Positions 1-9,225 of a stretch of DNA of 64,000 bases are shown piece after piece; the stretch's first letter is position 1, and each line of letters starts with the position of its first letter. The DNA lies in contig JAWCKK010000002.1 in the NCBI GenBank assembly GCA_038852105.1, positions 42,621 to 106,620 on the forward strand, given 5' to 3'. The position numbers and the translations under genes were made by a program. Origin of the DNA: Thermoplasmata archaeon (GTDB taxonomy: Archaea; Thermoplasmatota; Thermoplasmata; UBA10834; DTMW01). A model generated the notes under the pieces. The model made no database searches. It worked only from the letters and a program-made list of their open reading frames with translations, and had not been told where the DNA came from.

Positions 1-180
1 CTGATGAACGGCACCTGGCTTAACAATACGAGATATAATGACGTCAACGGTGATGGACAAGTCAGCCCGGCCGATTATTTCCAGCTCAAGAGAGGTACCG
101 GCTATTTCATCTCGGGCTGGGTCATCGAGATTTACCATATCAACAGCCAGTCATTGGCAGGCAGGGCTACCCTGCCATAA
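1..180 (+). CDS. 3' end of a probable archaeal type IV pilin (partial, runs off the window start)
   Basis: Open frame 1-180 ending TAA. Translation ...NDVNGDGQVSPADYFQL...WVIEIYH...GRATLP resembles the C-terminal part (YDSTTNDALDSGDYFTL...GSVTL) of the pilin immediately downstream. Confidence 0.55.
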   Translation: MMNGTWLNNTRYNDVNGDGQVSPADYFQLKRGTGYFISGWVIEIYHINSQSLAGRATLP

Positions 181-361
181 CTTCTCGTAATCAGAATTGC
201 AAGTCAGAATTGAGCGATATATTTCGAATAGCTATGTTTTCTTATTCGTCAATAGTCGAAATATGAATCGTCAATATATGGCGCCCATTTGGAAAGGGTT
301 ATTAAGTGATACATCGGGTATTTAAGGCGCCAAGCGAAAAGCTTGGAGGAGGACAGAATAA

Positions 362-823
362 ATGAAAAAGATATGGGCCATGAAGAAAGAGACCGAGGCG
401 GTATCGCCTGTCATTGCAACCATTCTAATGGTGGCAATTACAGTCGTTCTCGCCGCAGTTCTCTACGTGATGGTGCTCGGTATCGGCGGAGGCGGCAATG
501 TCGCGCCGGCGGTAGGTCTGAGTTCCTCCGTATCCGGTGACGGCACGAAATGGATAGTCTCCGTCGTGAGCGTGCAGGGTACGGCTGCGGAGACCGATCT
601 GTATGTTAAGATAACGTACACGAACGGTACCCAGGCCATGTACAAGCAACTGAGCACTTTCACATCGGGAACAGCGGTCAGCGGTGTGACATACTACGAC
701 TCGACGACAAACGATGCCCTGGATTCGGGTGACTACTTCACCCTCGACAAGAGCACATACACTGCAGGCACGAAGTTCGAGTTGATACACACCAATGGTC
801 TGTCTGGTTCAGTGACGCTGTAA
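362..823 (+). CDS. Archaeal type IV pilin (DUF1628/Pilin_N family)
   Basis: Class III signal peptide MKKIWAMKKETEA|VSPVIATILMVAITVVLAAVLYVMV; GGAGG RBS upstream; Thr/Ser/Gly-rich globular domain. Confidence 0.9.
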   Translation: MKKIWAMKKETEAVSPVIATILMVAITVVLAAVLYVMVLGIGGGGNVAPAVGLSSSVSGDGTKWIVSVVSVQGTAAETDLYVKITYTNGTQAMYKQLSTFTSGTAVSGVTYYDSTTNDALDSGDYFTLDKSTYTAGTKFELIHTNGLSGSVTL

Positions 824-862
824 GCAAAGATCATCGTCATTGAACGCTATAAAAACCCCAAC

Positions 863-891
863 GATGAGCGGGCCGATACGGCCCCCTCATC
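863..891 (+). terminator. Stem-loop downstream of the pilin gene, possible terminator or mRNA-stabilising hairpin
   Basis: GATGAG-C-GGGCCG-ATA-CGGCCC-C-CTCATC: 12 bp stem with one C-C mismatch, followed by an AT/T-rich tract. Confidence 0.4.
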
Positions 892-974
892 AATTATCGA
901 ATTTTTCATTGGGTTATTCAATTACCATCGCTTGGGCCGAATGCTATTAATATCAACGGACAATCCTTCGTCCC

Positions 975-1193
975 GTGCCTAAAGTCTTATCGGAACCGGA
1001 AGCGGAGAAGTTCATAATCCAGCTGCTTTCCAGCAGAGGGAAGATGACGACGAGGGAGATCGAACTCATAGCACGAAAACAGGGGAAGCGGTGTCCCGAT
1101 GAGACCGTGCTATTCCTGACCAAACTGAGATCCAAAGGCAAGATAAAGGGGGAGCTGTCCCAGGAGAAGCGGGGATGGCTCTGGTGGGTCTAG
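975..1193 (+). CDS. Small winged-helix-like protein
   Basis: 72 aa, GTG start. Pattern FIIQLLSSRGKMTTREIE...CPDETVLFLTKLRSKGKIKG...GWLWWV fits a wHTH with a terminal beta-wing. Confidence 0.7.
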   Translation: MPKVLSEPEAEKFIIQLLSSRGKMTTREIELIARKQGKRCPDETVLFLTKLRSKGKIKGELSQEKRGWLWWV

Positions 1194-1627
1194 GGATTCC
1201 TCTCCGAGACGACCGTCGTCCTGGCAACCCTGTCCGAGTATTTCTGCCGCGCATCCGCTGTATCCACAACGAGACCAAGGAGCACATCTATAAGCAAAAA
1301 TGCCCCGAATATCTTCGTCAGGTTCCTCATCATCGCCTGGTAGGTCTGAATTCTCCCGTCCAGCGAGACGACCTTCAATCCGAATAGCTGTTTCCCGACG
1401 GTCGCGCCCTTTGTCTCTTCGAACACGGCGGAGTAGCACATCCAGAAGAACCCCATTATGACCCCGAACATGAACCAGTGCAATCCCTGCGTGAGGCTAA
1501 GAATCAACATTATGATGTATATCGGGACGAAAACGAGCACCACATCTATGAGCGCAGCGAACAGTCTGTAGACCCAGTGCATCTGCAGTTTCGGGTCCTG
1601 ACCTATCTGATCAAACCCGGTCGTCAT
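1190..1627 (-). CDS. RDD family membrane protein
   Basis: RLFAALID, GATVGKQLFGLKVV and terminal D-R-x-A-R-T-T-V-V motifs; hydrophobic segments. Start moved to MTTG (1627). Confidence 0.85.
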   Translation of the reverse strand: MTTGFDQIGQDPKLQMHWVYRLFAALIDVVLVFVPIYIIMLILSLTQGLHWFMFGVIMGFFWMCYSAVFEETKGATVGKQLFGLKVVSLDGRIQTYQAMMRNLTKIFGAFLLIDVLLGLVVDTADARQKYSDRVARTTVVSERNP

Positions 1628-1800
1628 GTCCTTACTCTCTCTTCGAATCCGATGCCGCCACTCAGATCGCCCGTCTATCATCACAGGTCAGCAACAAAGC
1701 TGTCATCATGGTGGCAAACCGATAACCGGAGCCATGGTTTATCATGTTTTCGTAGCCCGCGTCGATATGCTTTTCGAGGCGAGGCCCAATCACGCATCGA

Positions 1801-2325
1801 ATGGTATCCCTGTTCGCCATAATCGAGGGCGAGGACGATCCGAAGAAGTGCACCGCGAGAAAGCTCGTTCGGATGAAGCTAGCGAAGCTAATCGACGATC
1901 CCCGAAGACTTCCGGGAGAGGCGATAGTGTTGAACCCCATGGCCGAGAAGGCGCTATCTAGAGCGGACAGGAAGAGGGCGGAGGTTTCCGGCATTGTCGT
2001 GTTGGACTGTTCCTGGAAGCGCCTGGAGACTTTCCCAAAGATTAGGAAAGATTTGCGGCACCGCGCCCTCCCTTATCTCATCGCCGCGAACCCGGTTAAC
2101 TTCGGGCATCCGTGCACGTTGAGCAGCGCCGAGGCGTTGGCCGCCGCGCTCTGGATTATCGGTGAGAGAGAGCAGGCGACCCTCGTGATGTCGAAGTTCG
2201 GATGGGGACAGAGCTTCATCGCGCTCAACAGAGAACTGCTAGAGGCCTATGCTTCTGCTGCAGATAGCGCCGCTGTAATCGAAATTCAGAAACAGTACAT
2301 TCGGGAATCACGAGAGAAAGGGTAA
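1801..2325 (+). CDS. tsr3: rRNA aminocarboxypropyltransferase Tsr3 (DUF367)
   Basis: DDPKKCTARKL, VLDCSW, RALPYLIAANPVNFG, LSSAEALAAAL, FGWGQSF motifs. Confidence 0.92.
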   Translation: MVSLFAIIEGEDDPKKCTARKLVRMKLAKLIDDPRRLPGEAIVLNPMAEKALSRADRKRAEVSGIVVLDCSWKRLETFPKIRKDLRHRALPYLIAANPVNFGHPCTLSSAEALAAALWIIGEREQATLVMSKFGWGQSFIALNRELLEAYASAADSAAVIEIQKQYIRESREKG

Positions 2326-2415
2326 GGGAAGAAGCGCGATAATGAGATCAAGACAAAGTATTTACTCAGAATGTGATTTCCCTACCCCCTTCGACGGAAA
2401 TCGGGCGGATGCAGG

Positions 2416-4542
2416 ATGGAAGATAAGATAGACAGAAAGGATTTGGTCGCTCTCTGGCACGAGTTCTTCTCAGAGAAGGGCAGAAGAAACGAGCTCACCA
2501 CGATTGCCGATCTCTATCCCGACACGCGCTCCTACAACGTCGAGTTCTCCCAGGTGGAGCGTTTCAATCCCGACCTGGTTCAGTATCTTCTATCGAACCC
2601 GTCGGAATCCTTGGAGGCCGCGGAGGAAGCCATCCAGGAGATAATACCGCCTGAAAAGAAAGGGATCGCAAGGATTCATTTTCGCATATCGAAGCTGCCG
2701 AGGGACACGCGGGTCGAGATTCGAAAGATACGCGCGGAACATCTCGGGAAATTCATCTCGGTCGAAGGCCTCGTCAGGAAGGCGACGGAGGTCAGACCAA
2801 GGCTTGTCACGGCGAAATTCAAGTGCATGAGATGCGGCAAGGAGCTTTTCCTCGAGCAGGACGGGATGCAGTTCCGGGAACCTCTCGAGTGCGATCCCCA
2901 GCAAGGCGGATGCGGCAGGGGCGCGGGGTCGACCAGGTTCAAGCTGATCACGGAGGAATCCGTGTTCGTCGATACGCAGAAGATAGAGATCCAGGAGGCG
3001 CCCGAGGGGTTGCGGGGCGGTGCCGAGCCGCAGCGGCTGGTGGCGTTCGCCGAGGACGACATCACGGGACATATCTTCCCTGGGGACAGGGTGGTCCTGA
3101 ACGGCACGCTCAGGAGTGCGCAGAAGACAGGCGCTCAGACCAGAAGCACTCTGTTCGACATCAATCTGGAATTGAACTCGGCCGAATTCGAGGAGCACGA
3201 ATACGAAGAGATATCGATATCTCCTGAGGAAGAGCTCGCGATAAGAGAGATCGCATCGAGACCTGACGCTCTGAAACGAATTTCCGAGTCGATCTCCCCG
3301 ACCATCTACGGCTATTTCACCGAGAAGGAAGCTCTCGCGCTCCAGCTCTTCGGAGGCGTCCAGAAGGAGATGGACGACGGGACGCGCATCAGGGGCGACA
3401 TCCACATACTGCTCGTCGGAGACCCTGGTGTCGCGAAGACGATGATATTGAGATACATGGCCGATCTCGCCCCGAGAGGGATATACACCTCGGGGAAATC
3501 CAGCTCCGCGGCGGGCCTGACGGCCGCCGCGGTGAAGGACGAGTTCGGCGAAGGAAGATGGACGCTCGAGGCAGGCGCCTTGGTGTTGGCCGACAAGGGC
3601 ATTGCGTGCGTCGATGAGTTGGACAAGATGTCCCCTCAGGACAGATCCAGCATACACGAATCTCTCGAGCAGCAGACGGTCAGCGTCGCGAAGGCCGGAA
3701 TCACTGCAACACTGCAATCGAGATGCGCCGTCCTGGGTGCCGCGAATCCCAAGTACGGCAGGTTCGACGAGCATAAGACCATCGCGGACCAGATAGATCT
3801 CCCGCCGACATTGCTCAGCAGGTTCGACGTGATTTTCGCTATGACCGACAGGCCCAACGTGACGGAGGACACAAAGGTCGCCAAGCACATCCTCAGGGTT
3901 CACAGGCGCGGCGAGGTGCTGAAATACGATGATTTTAGCAAGATAGAGGGAGTCGACGCTTCCGAGGTAATGGCCGATGATGCCGACCTCGTCCCGAAAA
4001 TCCCGCCAGAGCTTCTGAGGAAGTACATCGCGTACAGCAAGAGGATAGCCCCGGTGCTGACGAACGAGGCCATGTCGGCTCTCGAGAACTACTACGTGAG
4101 GATTCGCAGCCAAGGAGAAGGAGAGGGGTCGTCCGTCCCGATCACCGCGAGGCAGCTGGAAGCGCTCGTCAGACTATCCGAGGCGAGCGCGAGAGCCAGG
4201 CTCTCTTCCATGGTGACCGAGGACGACGCGAAGCGAGCGATAGACATCGTCGAATACTTCTTGCAGAGGGTCGCGTCGGAAGGAGGCCGCCTGGACATCG
4301 ATATCATCGCGACGGGAATTCCCAGATCCCAGCTGGAGCATTTGCATATTCTCAAGAAGCTCATGAAGGATCTGGCGGATCCCGTCACCGGCGTGCCGGA
4401 GAACGAGCTGATCCAGCGTGCCGAATCGGAGGGCATATCCGCCGAGAAGGCGAAGGCGCTGATAAAGAAGCTTTCCGATCAGGGCGAGATATATCAGCCG
4501 CGCGCGGGATATTACAGGCTCGCCGCCGAGGAACGGTTATGA
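2416..4542 (+). CDS. mcm: Replicative helicase MCM
   Basis: Zn finger CMRC...CDPQQGGC, Walker A GDPGVAKT, Walker B DELDKM, AAANP-like GAANP, Arg finger SRFD, C-terminal winged helix. Confidence 0.97.
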   Translation: MEDKIDRKDLVALWHEFFSEKGRRNELTTIADLYPDTRSYNVEFSQVERFNPDLVQYLLSNPSESLEAAEEAIQEIIPPEKKGIARIHFRISKLPRDTRVEIRKIRAEHLGKFISVEGLVRKATEVRPRLVTAKFKCMRCGKELFLEQDGMQFREPLECDPQQGGCGRGAGSTRFKLITEESVFVDTQKIEIQEAPEGLRGGAEPQRLVAFAEDDITGHIFPGDRVVLNGTLRSAQKTGAQTRSTLFDINLELNSAEFEEHEYEEISISPEEELAIREIASRPDALKRISESISPTIYGYFTEKEALALQLFGGVQKEMDDGTRIRGDIHILLVGDPGVAKTMILRYMADLAPRGIYTSGKSSSAAGLTAAAVKDEFGEGRWTLEAGALVLADKGIACVDELDKMSPQDRSSIHESLEQQTVSVAKAGITATLQSRCAVLGAANPKYGRFDEHKTIADQIDLPPTLLSRFDVIFAMTDRPNVTEDTKVAKHILRVHRRGEVLKYDDFSKIEGVDASEVMADDADLVPKIPPELLRKYIAYSKRIAPVLTNEAMSALENYYVRIRSQGEGEGSSVPITARQLEALVRLSEASARARLSSMVTEDDAKRAIDIVEYFLQRVASEGGRLDIDIIATGIPRSQLEHLHILKKLMKDLADPVTGVPENELIQRAESEGISAEKAKALIKKLSDQGEIYQPRAGYYRLAAEERL

Positions 4543-4841
4543 TCCTGAAGGTTCACAGGCGCGGGAAGGATGTGGTGGTCGCGGCCTGTGACGAGGATCT
4601 CATCGACAAGACGTTCAGGTGCGGGGAGCTCAGGTTGCACGTCTCGAGCACCTTCTACGGGACCGAGAGTTGCGACGAGGATGAGTTCATAGCGGCCCTA
4701 AGGCTCTGCACGAGCGCCAACCTGGTCGGCGAGAGGACGATAGATATCGCCGTGAGGGCAGGGTTCATTCGCCGCGACGGCATCCTGAAAGTCGGAGACG
4801 TGCCGCACGCGCAGCTGTACAAGATCTCAGGAAGCGGATGA
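4539..4841 (+). CDS. DUF424 family protein
   Basis: VVAACDEDLI, FYG, SANLVG, VPHAQ motifs; ATGA overlap with mcm. Confidence 0.85.
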   Translation: MILKVHRRGKDVVVAACDEDLIDKTFRCGELRLHVSSTFYGTESCDEDEFIAALRLCTSANLVGERTIDIAVRAGFIRRDGILKVGDVPHAQLYKISGSG

Positions 4842-4892
4842 GCCCGGCTGACCACTATCTTGAAGAGCCAGAAGCATCATTCGTGAGGTCGC

Positions 4893-5918
4893 ATGTTCTG
4901 CGTCGAGTGCGGAAGAGAGGGGAAAACATACGAGGGGCTCTGCAGCGAATGCTATCTGAGGAAGAAGCAGCTCATACGTCTCCCGGAAATACTGGACGTC
5001 ATGATATGCGGCAAATGCTTCGCGGCGCATATTGGGAAGCACTGGGTGGATTCGCTTGACCTAGAAGATGCGATTCGACTCTCCATCGAGAATGCTGTCT
5101 CATCAGATAAGAACGTCAGCGATGTCGAGGTCGGTCTGACATTGAACGAGAGGGATCCGAGGAATTACTCTGCGCACGTTACGGTCTCTTTCCGCGCGGG
5201 AGAACTGACTGCGAGCAGGGCGTTCGACATCCAGGTCCGGCTCAAGAAGGATACGTGCCAGCGCTGCGGGAAGAAATCCGGGCATTACTACGAGGCGATT
5301 CTTCAGTTGAGGGGTTCGGGAGAATCGTTCGACAGGAACAGGCTCGAGAGAGCCCGCAGATACTTCCTCAAGAGGATGGAAAAGATATCTTCGGAGAGCC
5401 GGGACGCTTTCGTGTCCAAGGAAGAACCGATCCACGGCGGGTTCGACTTCTACGTGAGCTCATCATCTGTCGCCAAGGGGTTGGCCCGCGAGATGGGGAA
5501 GATGTTCGGAGCGCAAGTGAAGACGACGCATTCGATTGCGGGCAGAAAGGACGGCCACGAGCTGACGAGGATGACATATCTGGTTCGCCTGCCGGAATAC
5601 GATGCCGGAGACATATTGGAAATGGATGGCCGGTATTATCTGCTCAGGAGATTCGAAGGAAACAACCTCAATCTGGTGGACCTCAGAACTTGGCACGAGA
5701 GCAATGTCTCGCTCGGGAGGCTTGCAGCGGTCGAAGTCCTTCACAGGAAAACGCACGTATTCTCCGCCTCTGTGATATCTGAGAGCGACAGAGAGGTCTG
5801 CGTGCGCGACCCAGAGACGCAAGACGGGGTTAGAATCCAACGCCCTGAGGGATATCCTGGCGGACAGACAGCGATAGGCGTCGTCAGGACGAAAAAAGGC
5901 CTTCTTCTGGTGCCCTGA
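4893..5918 (+). CDS. nmd3: NMD3 family ribosome biogenesis protein
   Basis: MFCVECG...LCSEC, CGKC, CQRC Zn motifs; HYYEAILQLR; GFDFYV; GAGGT RBS. Confidence 0.9.
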   Translation: MFCVECGREGKTYEGLCSECYLRKKQLIRLPEILDVMICGKCFAAHIGKHWVDSLDLEDAIRLSIENAVSSDKNVSDVEVGLTLNERDPRNYSAHVTVSFRAGELTASRAFDIQVRLKKDTCQRCGKKSGHYYEAILQLRGSGESFDRNRLERARRYFLKRMEKISSESRDAFVSKEEPIHGGFDFYVSSSSVAKGLAREMGKMFGAQVKTTHSIAGRKDGHELTRMTYLVRLPEYDAGDILEMDGRYYLLRRFEGNNLNLVDLRTWHESNVSLGRLAAVEVLHRKTHVFSASVISESDREVCVRDPETQDGVRIQRPEGYPGGQTAIGVVRTKKGLLLVP

Positions 5919-6002
5919 CGACGAGAATCAATCAGAATATCGGCGCCATAATGAAGAAAAGCATTAATCCGTTGATTTCTTATGCCCGAAAGAGGGGATT
6001 CG

Positions 6003-6875
6003 GTGATCTCCGAAGAACAGATAAAGAAAGTCACTGTCGAGCTTCTAAAGAAGACCGTAACGGTCATGCCTGCCGATGTCGTGGACGAGCTCAAAGCGGC
6101 AATGAAGAAAGAGACGGACGAAGTCCCGAAGATGCAGCTGAAGGCCATTCTGGACAATCTCGAACTCGCGGAAAAGACCACGACCCCGCTCTGCCAGGAC
6201 ACAGGGGTCACGATTTTCTACGTGAGCCTCCCGAGATGTCTCGATGTCGATGTGGGCAAGGCGATAACGGAAGGCGTCAGAATCGCGACCAAGGAAGTCC
6301 CGCTGAGGCCGAACGCCGTCCATCCGCTCACCCGGAAGAACCCCGGAGACAATGTCGGGAAGGGCATGCCCTGGATCAACTACAAGATCTGGGACAAGGA
6401 TTTCGTCGAAATCACGGTCATGACCAAGGGTGCGGGGTCGGAGAATATGAGCCAGATGGCGATGCTCACGCCTTCTCAGGGGTTGAAGGGCGTGAAGGAG
6501 TTCGTCCTGAACGTCGTTCTGAAGGCCGGCAGCAATCCGTGCCCGCCGACAATACTCGGTGTGGGGATCGGGGGTTCCTCGGATATCTCGGCGAAGCTCG
6601 CCAAGGAGGCGCTGCTGAGACCGATCAACAAGCGGAACGAGGACCCGGAGATTGCGGCTCTCGAGAATGAACTCAAGGACGCGTTGAATGATCTCGGGAT
6701 AGGCGTCATGGGCCTCGGAGGAAAGACCACCGTTCTGGGAGTGAACATCGAGTACGCGTACTGTCACACCGCGAGCCTGCCGGTCGCGGTGAACGTGCAA
6801 TGCTGGGCTGCAAGACGGGGCACAGCTCAGATATACGCGGATGGAAAGGTGAGGTACCCCACTCACGAGAGGTGA
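6003..6875 (+). CDS. Class I fumarate hydratase / tartrate dehydratase alpha subunit
   Basis: PLCQDTG, KGAGSEN, NPCPP, GIGVMGLGG, HTASLPVAVNVQCWAAR motifs. Start set at GTG 6003 behind GAGGGG. Confidence 0.9.
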   Translation: MISEEQIKKVTVELLKKTVTVMPADVVDELKAAMKKETDEVPKMQLKAILDNLELAEKTTTPLCQDTGVTIFYVSLPRCLDVDVGKAITEGVRIATKEVPLRPNAVHPLTRKNPGDNVGKGMPWINYKIWDKDFVEITVMTKGAGSENMSQMAMLTPSQGLKGVKEFVLNVVLKAGSNPCPPTILGVGIGGSSDISAKLAKEALLRPINKRNEDPEIAALENELKDALNDLGIGVMGLGGKTTVLGVNIEYAYCHTASLPVAVNVQCWAARRGTAQIYADGKVRYPTHER

Positions 6876-6880
6876 TGATG

Positions 6881-7483
6881 ATGGCACAGGTCAGGTTGAA
6901 GACGCCGATAAAGGAAGAGGATGTCAGGAAGCTCAAGGCGGGCGATATAGTCTATCTCGACGGCATAATCTACACGGGCAGGGACGAAGTTCACATTCAC
7001 GCGCTTGAGAAGGCGGAGCACGGCGAAAAGCCCCCGGTGGACTTCAAGGGGTGCGCGCTGTATCATTGCGGGCCTATCATGAAGAAGGTAGGTAACGAGT
7101 GGCAGCTGGTCGCCGCGGGACCAACGACTTCTTCCAGGATGAATTCGCTCGAACCGAAATTCATAGAGACGTTCAGACCGTCCGCCATCATCGGGAAGGG
7201 AGGCATGTCCCAGCCTACGATAGACGCGATGGCGAAGTTCGGAGCCGTTTACCTTGCGATAACCGGAGGCGCGGCGGTGCTCGCGGCGAAAGGAGTCAAG
7301 AAGGTCCATGGGGTCGAATGGTTCGAGTTCGGGATGCCGGAAGCCATCTGGATTCTCGAAGCGGAGAACTTCGGGCCGTTGATTGTCGCAATCGACACGC
7401 ACGGAAAGAGCCTCTATCAGGATGTCGAAGCGAAAATCAAGAAGAACATCGAGGTCGCCAAGAAGAAGCTCAAACTCGCATGA
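6881..7483 (+). CDS. Class I fumarate hydratase / tartrate dehydratase beta subunit
   Basis: TGRDEVH, YHCGP, AGPTTSSRM, IGKGGM, GMPEAIW, FGPLIVAID motifs; GAGGTGA RBS. Start could also be 6875 or 6878. Confidence 0.9.
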   Translation: MAQVRLKTPIKEEDVRKLKAGDIVYLDGIIYTGRDEVHIHALEKAEHGEKPPVDFKGCALYHCGPIMKKVGNEWQLVAAGPTTSSRMNSLEPKFIETFRPSAIIGKGGMSQPTIDAMAKFGAVYLAITGGAAVLAAKGVKKVHGVEWFEFGMPEAIWILEAENFGPLIVAIDTHGKSLYQDVEAKIKKNIEVAKKKLKLA

Positions 7484-7510
7484 GCGAGGATAAATGCTTC
7501 TTCGGCATCC

Positions 7511-9094
7511 TCATCTCTCTTCTTCCCTTTTCTCTTCGGCGGCTTCGGCAGCGATCTCCTCTTCGAGGTCTTTCTTCGCCTTGGCCGGGTTCTGAAACGC
7601 CCTCAATCTCAGATAGATTGCCAAGCCGAGTATGATTATCATTATGATGAACGCCAATACCATGAACGAGTGGGGCAAGTCCATCCCGAAAATGAAGCCA
7701 CCCAGGGCCTCCTTTGCCAGCAGAAGATAGACATCATATTGAGTGACGCCGTCGGCCGTCACGACGATGCCAGTGGCGAGGAAGGGAGAATACTTGCTAC
7801 CGTGGGCCGAGCCCTTCACCGTGATCGAATAGTTTCCCGGCATGAGCCCGGCGAAGACGTATCTGCCATCTTCTCCGGTCTTTGTCTCTCTCTGCTCCGG
7901 GCCGCTCACAATCACGGTATATCCCGAGACCGGCTCTGAGGTGACCTTGTCTCTCACTATCCCGATCAATTGCCCTGGCTTCGCGATCAGGACTATATCG
8001 AGCCTGACCGTCTTTCCGCGCTCAAAGGCGATGCCGCTCGTAATATTGTCCTCGTATCCAGGAGCCGATGTCCTGACCGCGAAAACCCCTATCGGGACGT
8101 CCGTGATCAAATAGGTTCCCTGGGTGGTAGTGTTCGCGCTCAGACCTGTCGTCAGTATCTCGACCTTCGCATTGAACACGAGAACGGTGCCGATGCTAAT
8201 CGAGGCGGTCACGACGCCCATGAGGCTGGATGGGAGGCTTGAGAGGTCGAAATTGACATGCGTCACATTCCCGTTCTCGACGATAACGTCCGAGACAGTC
8301 TGCGAGGAATATCCTTCCTTAGACGCAGTTACAGAATAATTCCCCTCCGGAACGTTCGGCAGGACATAGTATCCGGTATTATCGCTCTCGGCGACGTATC
8401 TTATCTTGTTTATCGTGATCGTCACATTCGCTCCATGAATCGGCGTCGAGCCTTCCATCACGTATCCGTCGATCGATCCGTACATCTTGGCCAGCTTGAA
8501 AGTCTGGAGCACGAAGGACCCGGCGGCAATCGAGACTATGAAAGTGGTCGGGGAATACAACTGGGCGAAAGCGCTCACCGCATAGCTGCCCGTCGGTATT
8601 CCTCTTATGGTGTAATTTCCGTCCCACGATGATAGCGTCGAGAATTGCGGATAGCCCGCGATCTGAATAGTGGCGTTGACTATCGGGCTGTTCGATTCTG
8701 TGAGCACCACTCCGTATAGCGTCCCGCCAGTAATCGCGAGATTGACGAACTTCGTGACGTTTTCCTCGATTACGATTAGAGCGGAAGCAGGAAGATACCC
8801 TTGTTTGTCCGCATTGACGGTTCTCGGCGTCGTCCCGGCGCTGATATTCTCTATTCGAACGCTCCCGTCAGAGCCCGTCTGCCAAGTGGTCGCATTCCCA
8901 GAAATGGTCACGTTAGCCCCGGCGATGGGTCTCCCGACCTCATCCGAGACGTTCACCACGAGTGCGCCCACGGCTCCCGCAGATATTCTCAGGAGCGATT
9001 CTTCCTGTGGAACCGGAGCGACATACCAGGCATGGGAGAGCACCAGCGCTGATATCAATATCGCAGCAAATCTCGCGATGTCAATGCGTTTCAT
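7511..9094 (-). CDS. Membrane-anchored surface protein with ~5 carboxypeptidase regulatory-like (CnaB-type) repeats
   Basis: N-terminal hydrophobic signal; repeated G-x-V...PI-x-GA-x-V-x-I...T...G-x-Y-x-I-x-x-(I/V)P-x-G-x-Y-x-V-x-A units; C-terminal TM helix and charged tail. Start set at MKRIDI. Confidence 0.8.
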   Translation of the reverse strand: MKRIDIARFAAILISALVLSHAWYVAPVPQEESLLRISAGAVGALVVNVSDEVGRPIAGANVTISGNATTWQTGSDGSVRIENISAGTTPRTVNADKQGYLPASALIVIEENVTKFVNLAITGGTLYGVVLTESNSPIVNATIQIAGYPQFSTLSSWDGNYTIRGIPTGSYAVSAFAQLYSPTTFIVSIAAGSFVLQTFKLAKMYGSIDGYVMEGSTPIHGANVTITINKIRYVAESDNTGYYVLPNVPEGNYSVTASKEGYSSQTVSDVIVENGNVTHVNFDLSSLPSSLMGVVTASISIGTVLVFNAKVEILTTGLSANTTTQGTYLITDVPIGVFAVRTSAPGYEDNITSGIAFERGKTVRLDIVLIAKPGQLIGIVRDKVTSEPVSGYTVIVSGPEQRETKTGEDGRYVFAGLMPGNYSITVKGSAHGSKYSPFLATGIVVTADGVTQYDVYLLLAKEALGGFIFGMDLPHSFMVLAFIIMIIILGLAIYLRLRAFQNPAKAKKDLEEEIAAEAAEEKREEER

Positions 9095-9225
9095 CTGATT
9101 CCGTCTTCTAACTGATACTGGTGATAAAAAATTTTTGATTGGTCGGCGACAGGAAAAGCAGTGGCACTTTCCAAATCTTTTAATAATCACAACAGATAGG
9201 GCAATGAATTACACGGTTGAATCGA

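Noticed and set aside
2590-4113. Long antisense ORFs (for example 507 aa opposite mcm; also 18200-19375, 31807-33054, 26948-28015)
   Set aside because: They lie opposite well-supported genes in GC-rich DNA with biased codon usage, have no motifs and show shadow-ORF composition.
4838-5059. ORF starting at an ATGA overlap with DUF424 and overlapping nmd3
   Set aside because: nmd3 has its own GAGGT RBS and canonical MFCVECG start; there is no sign of a frameshift, and the product is not protein-like.
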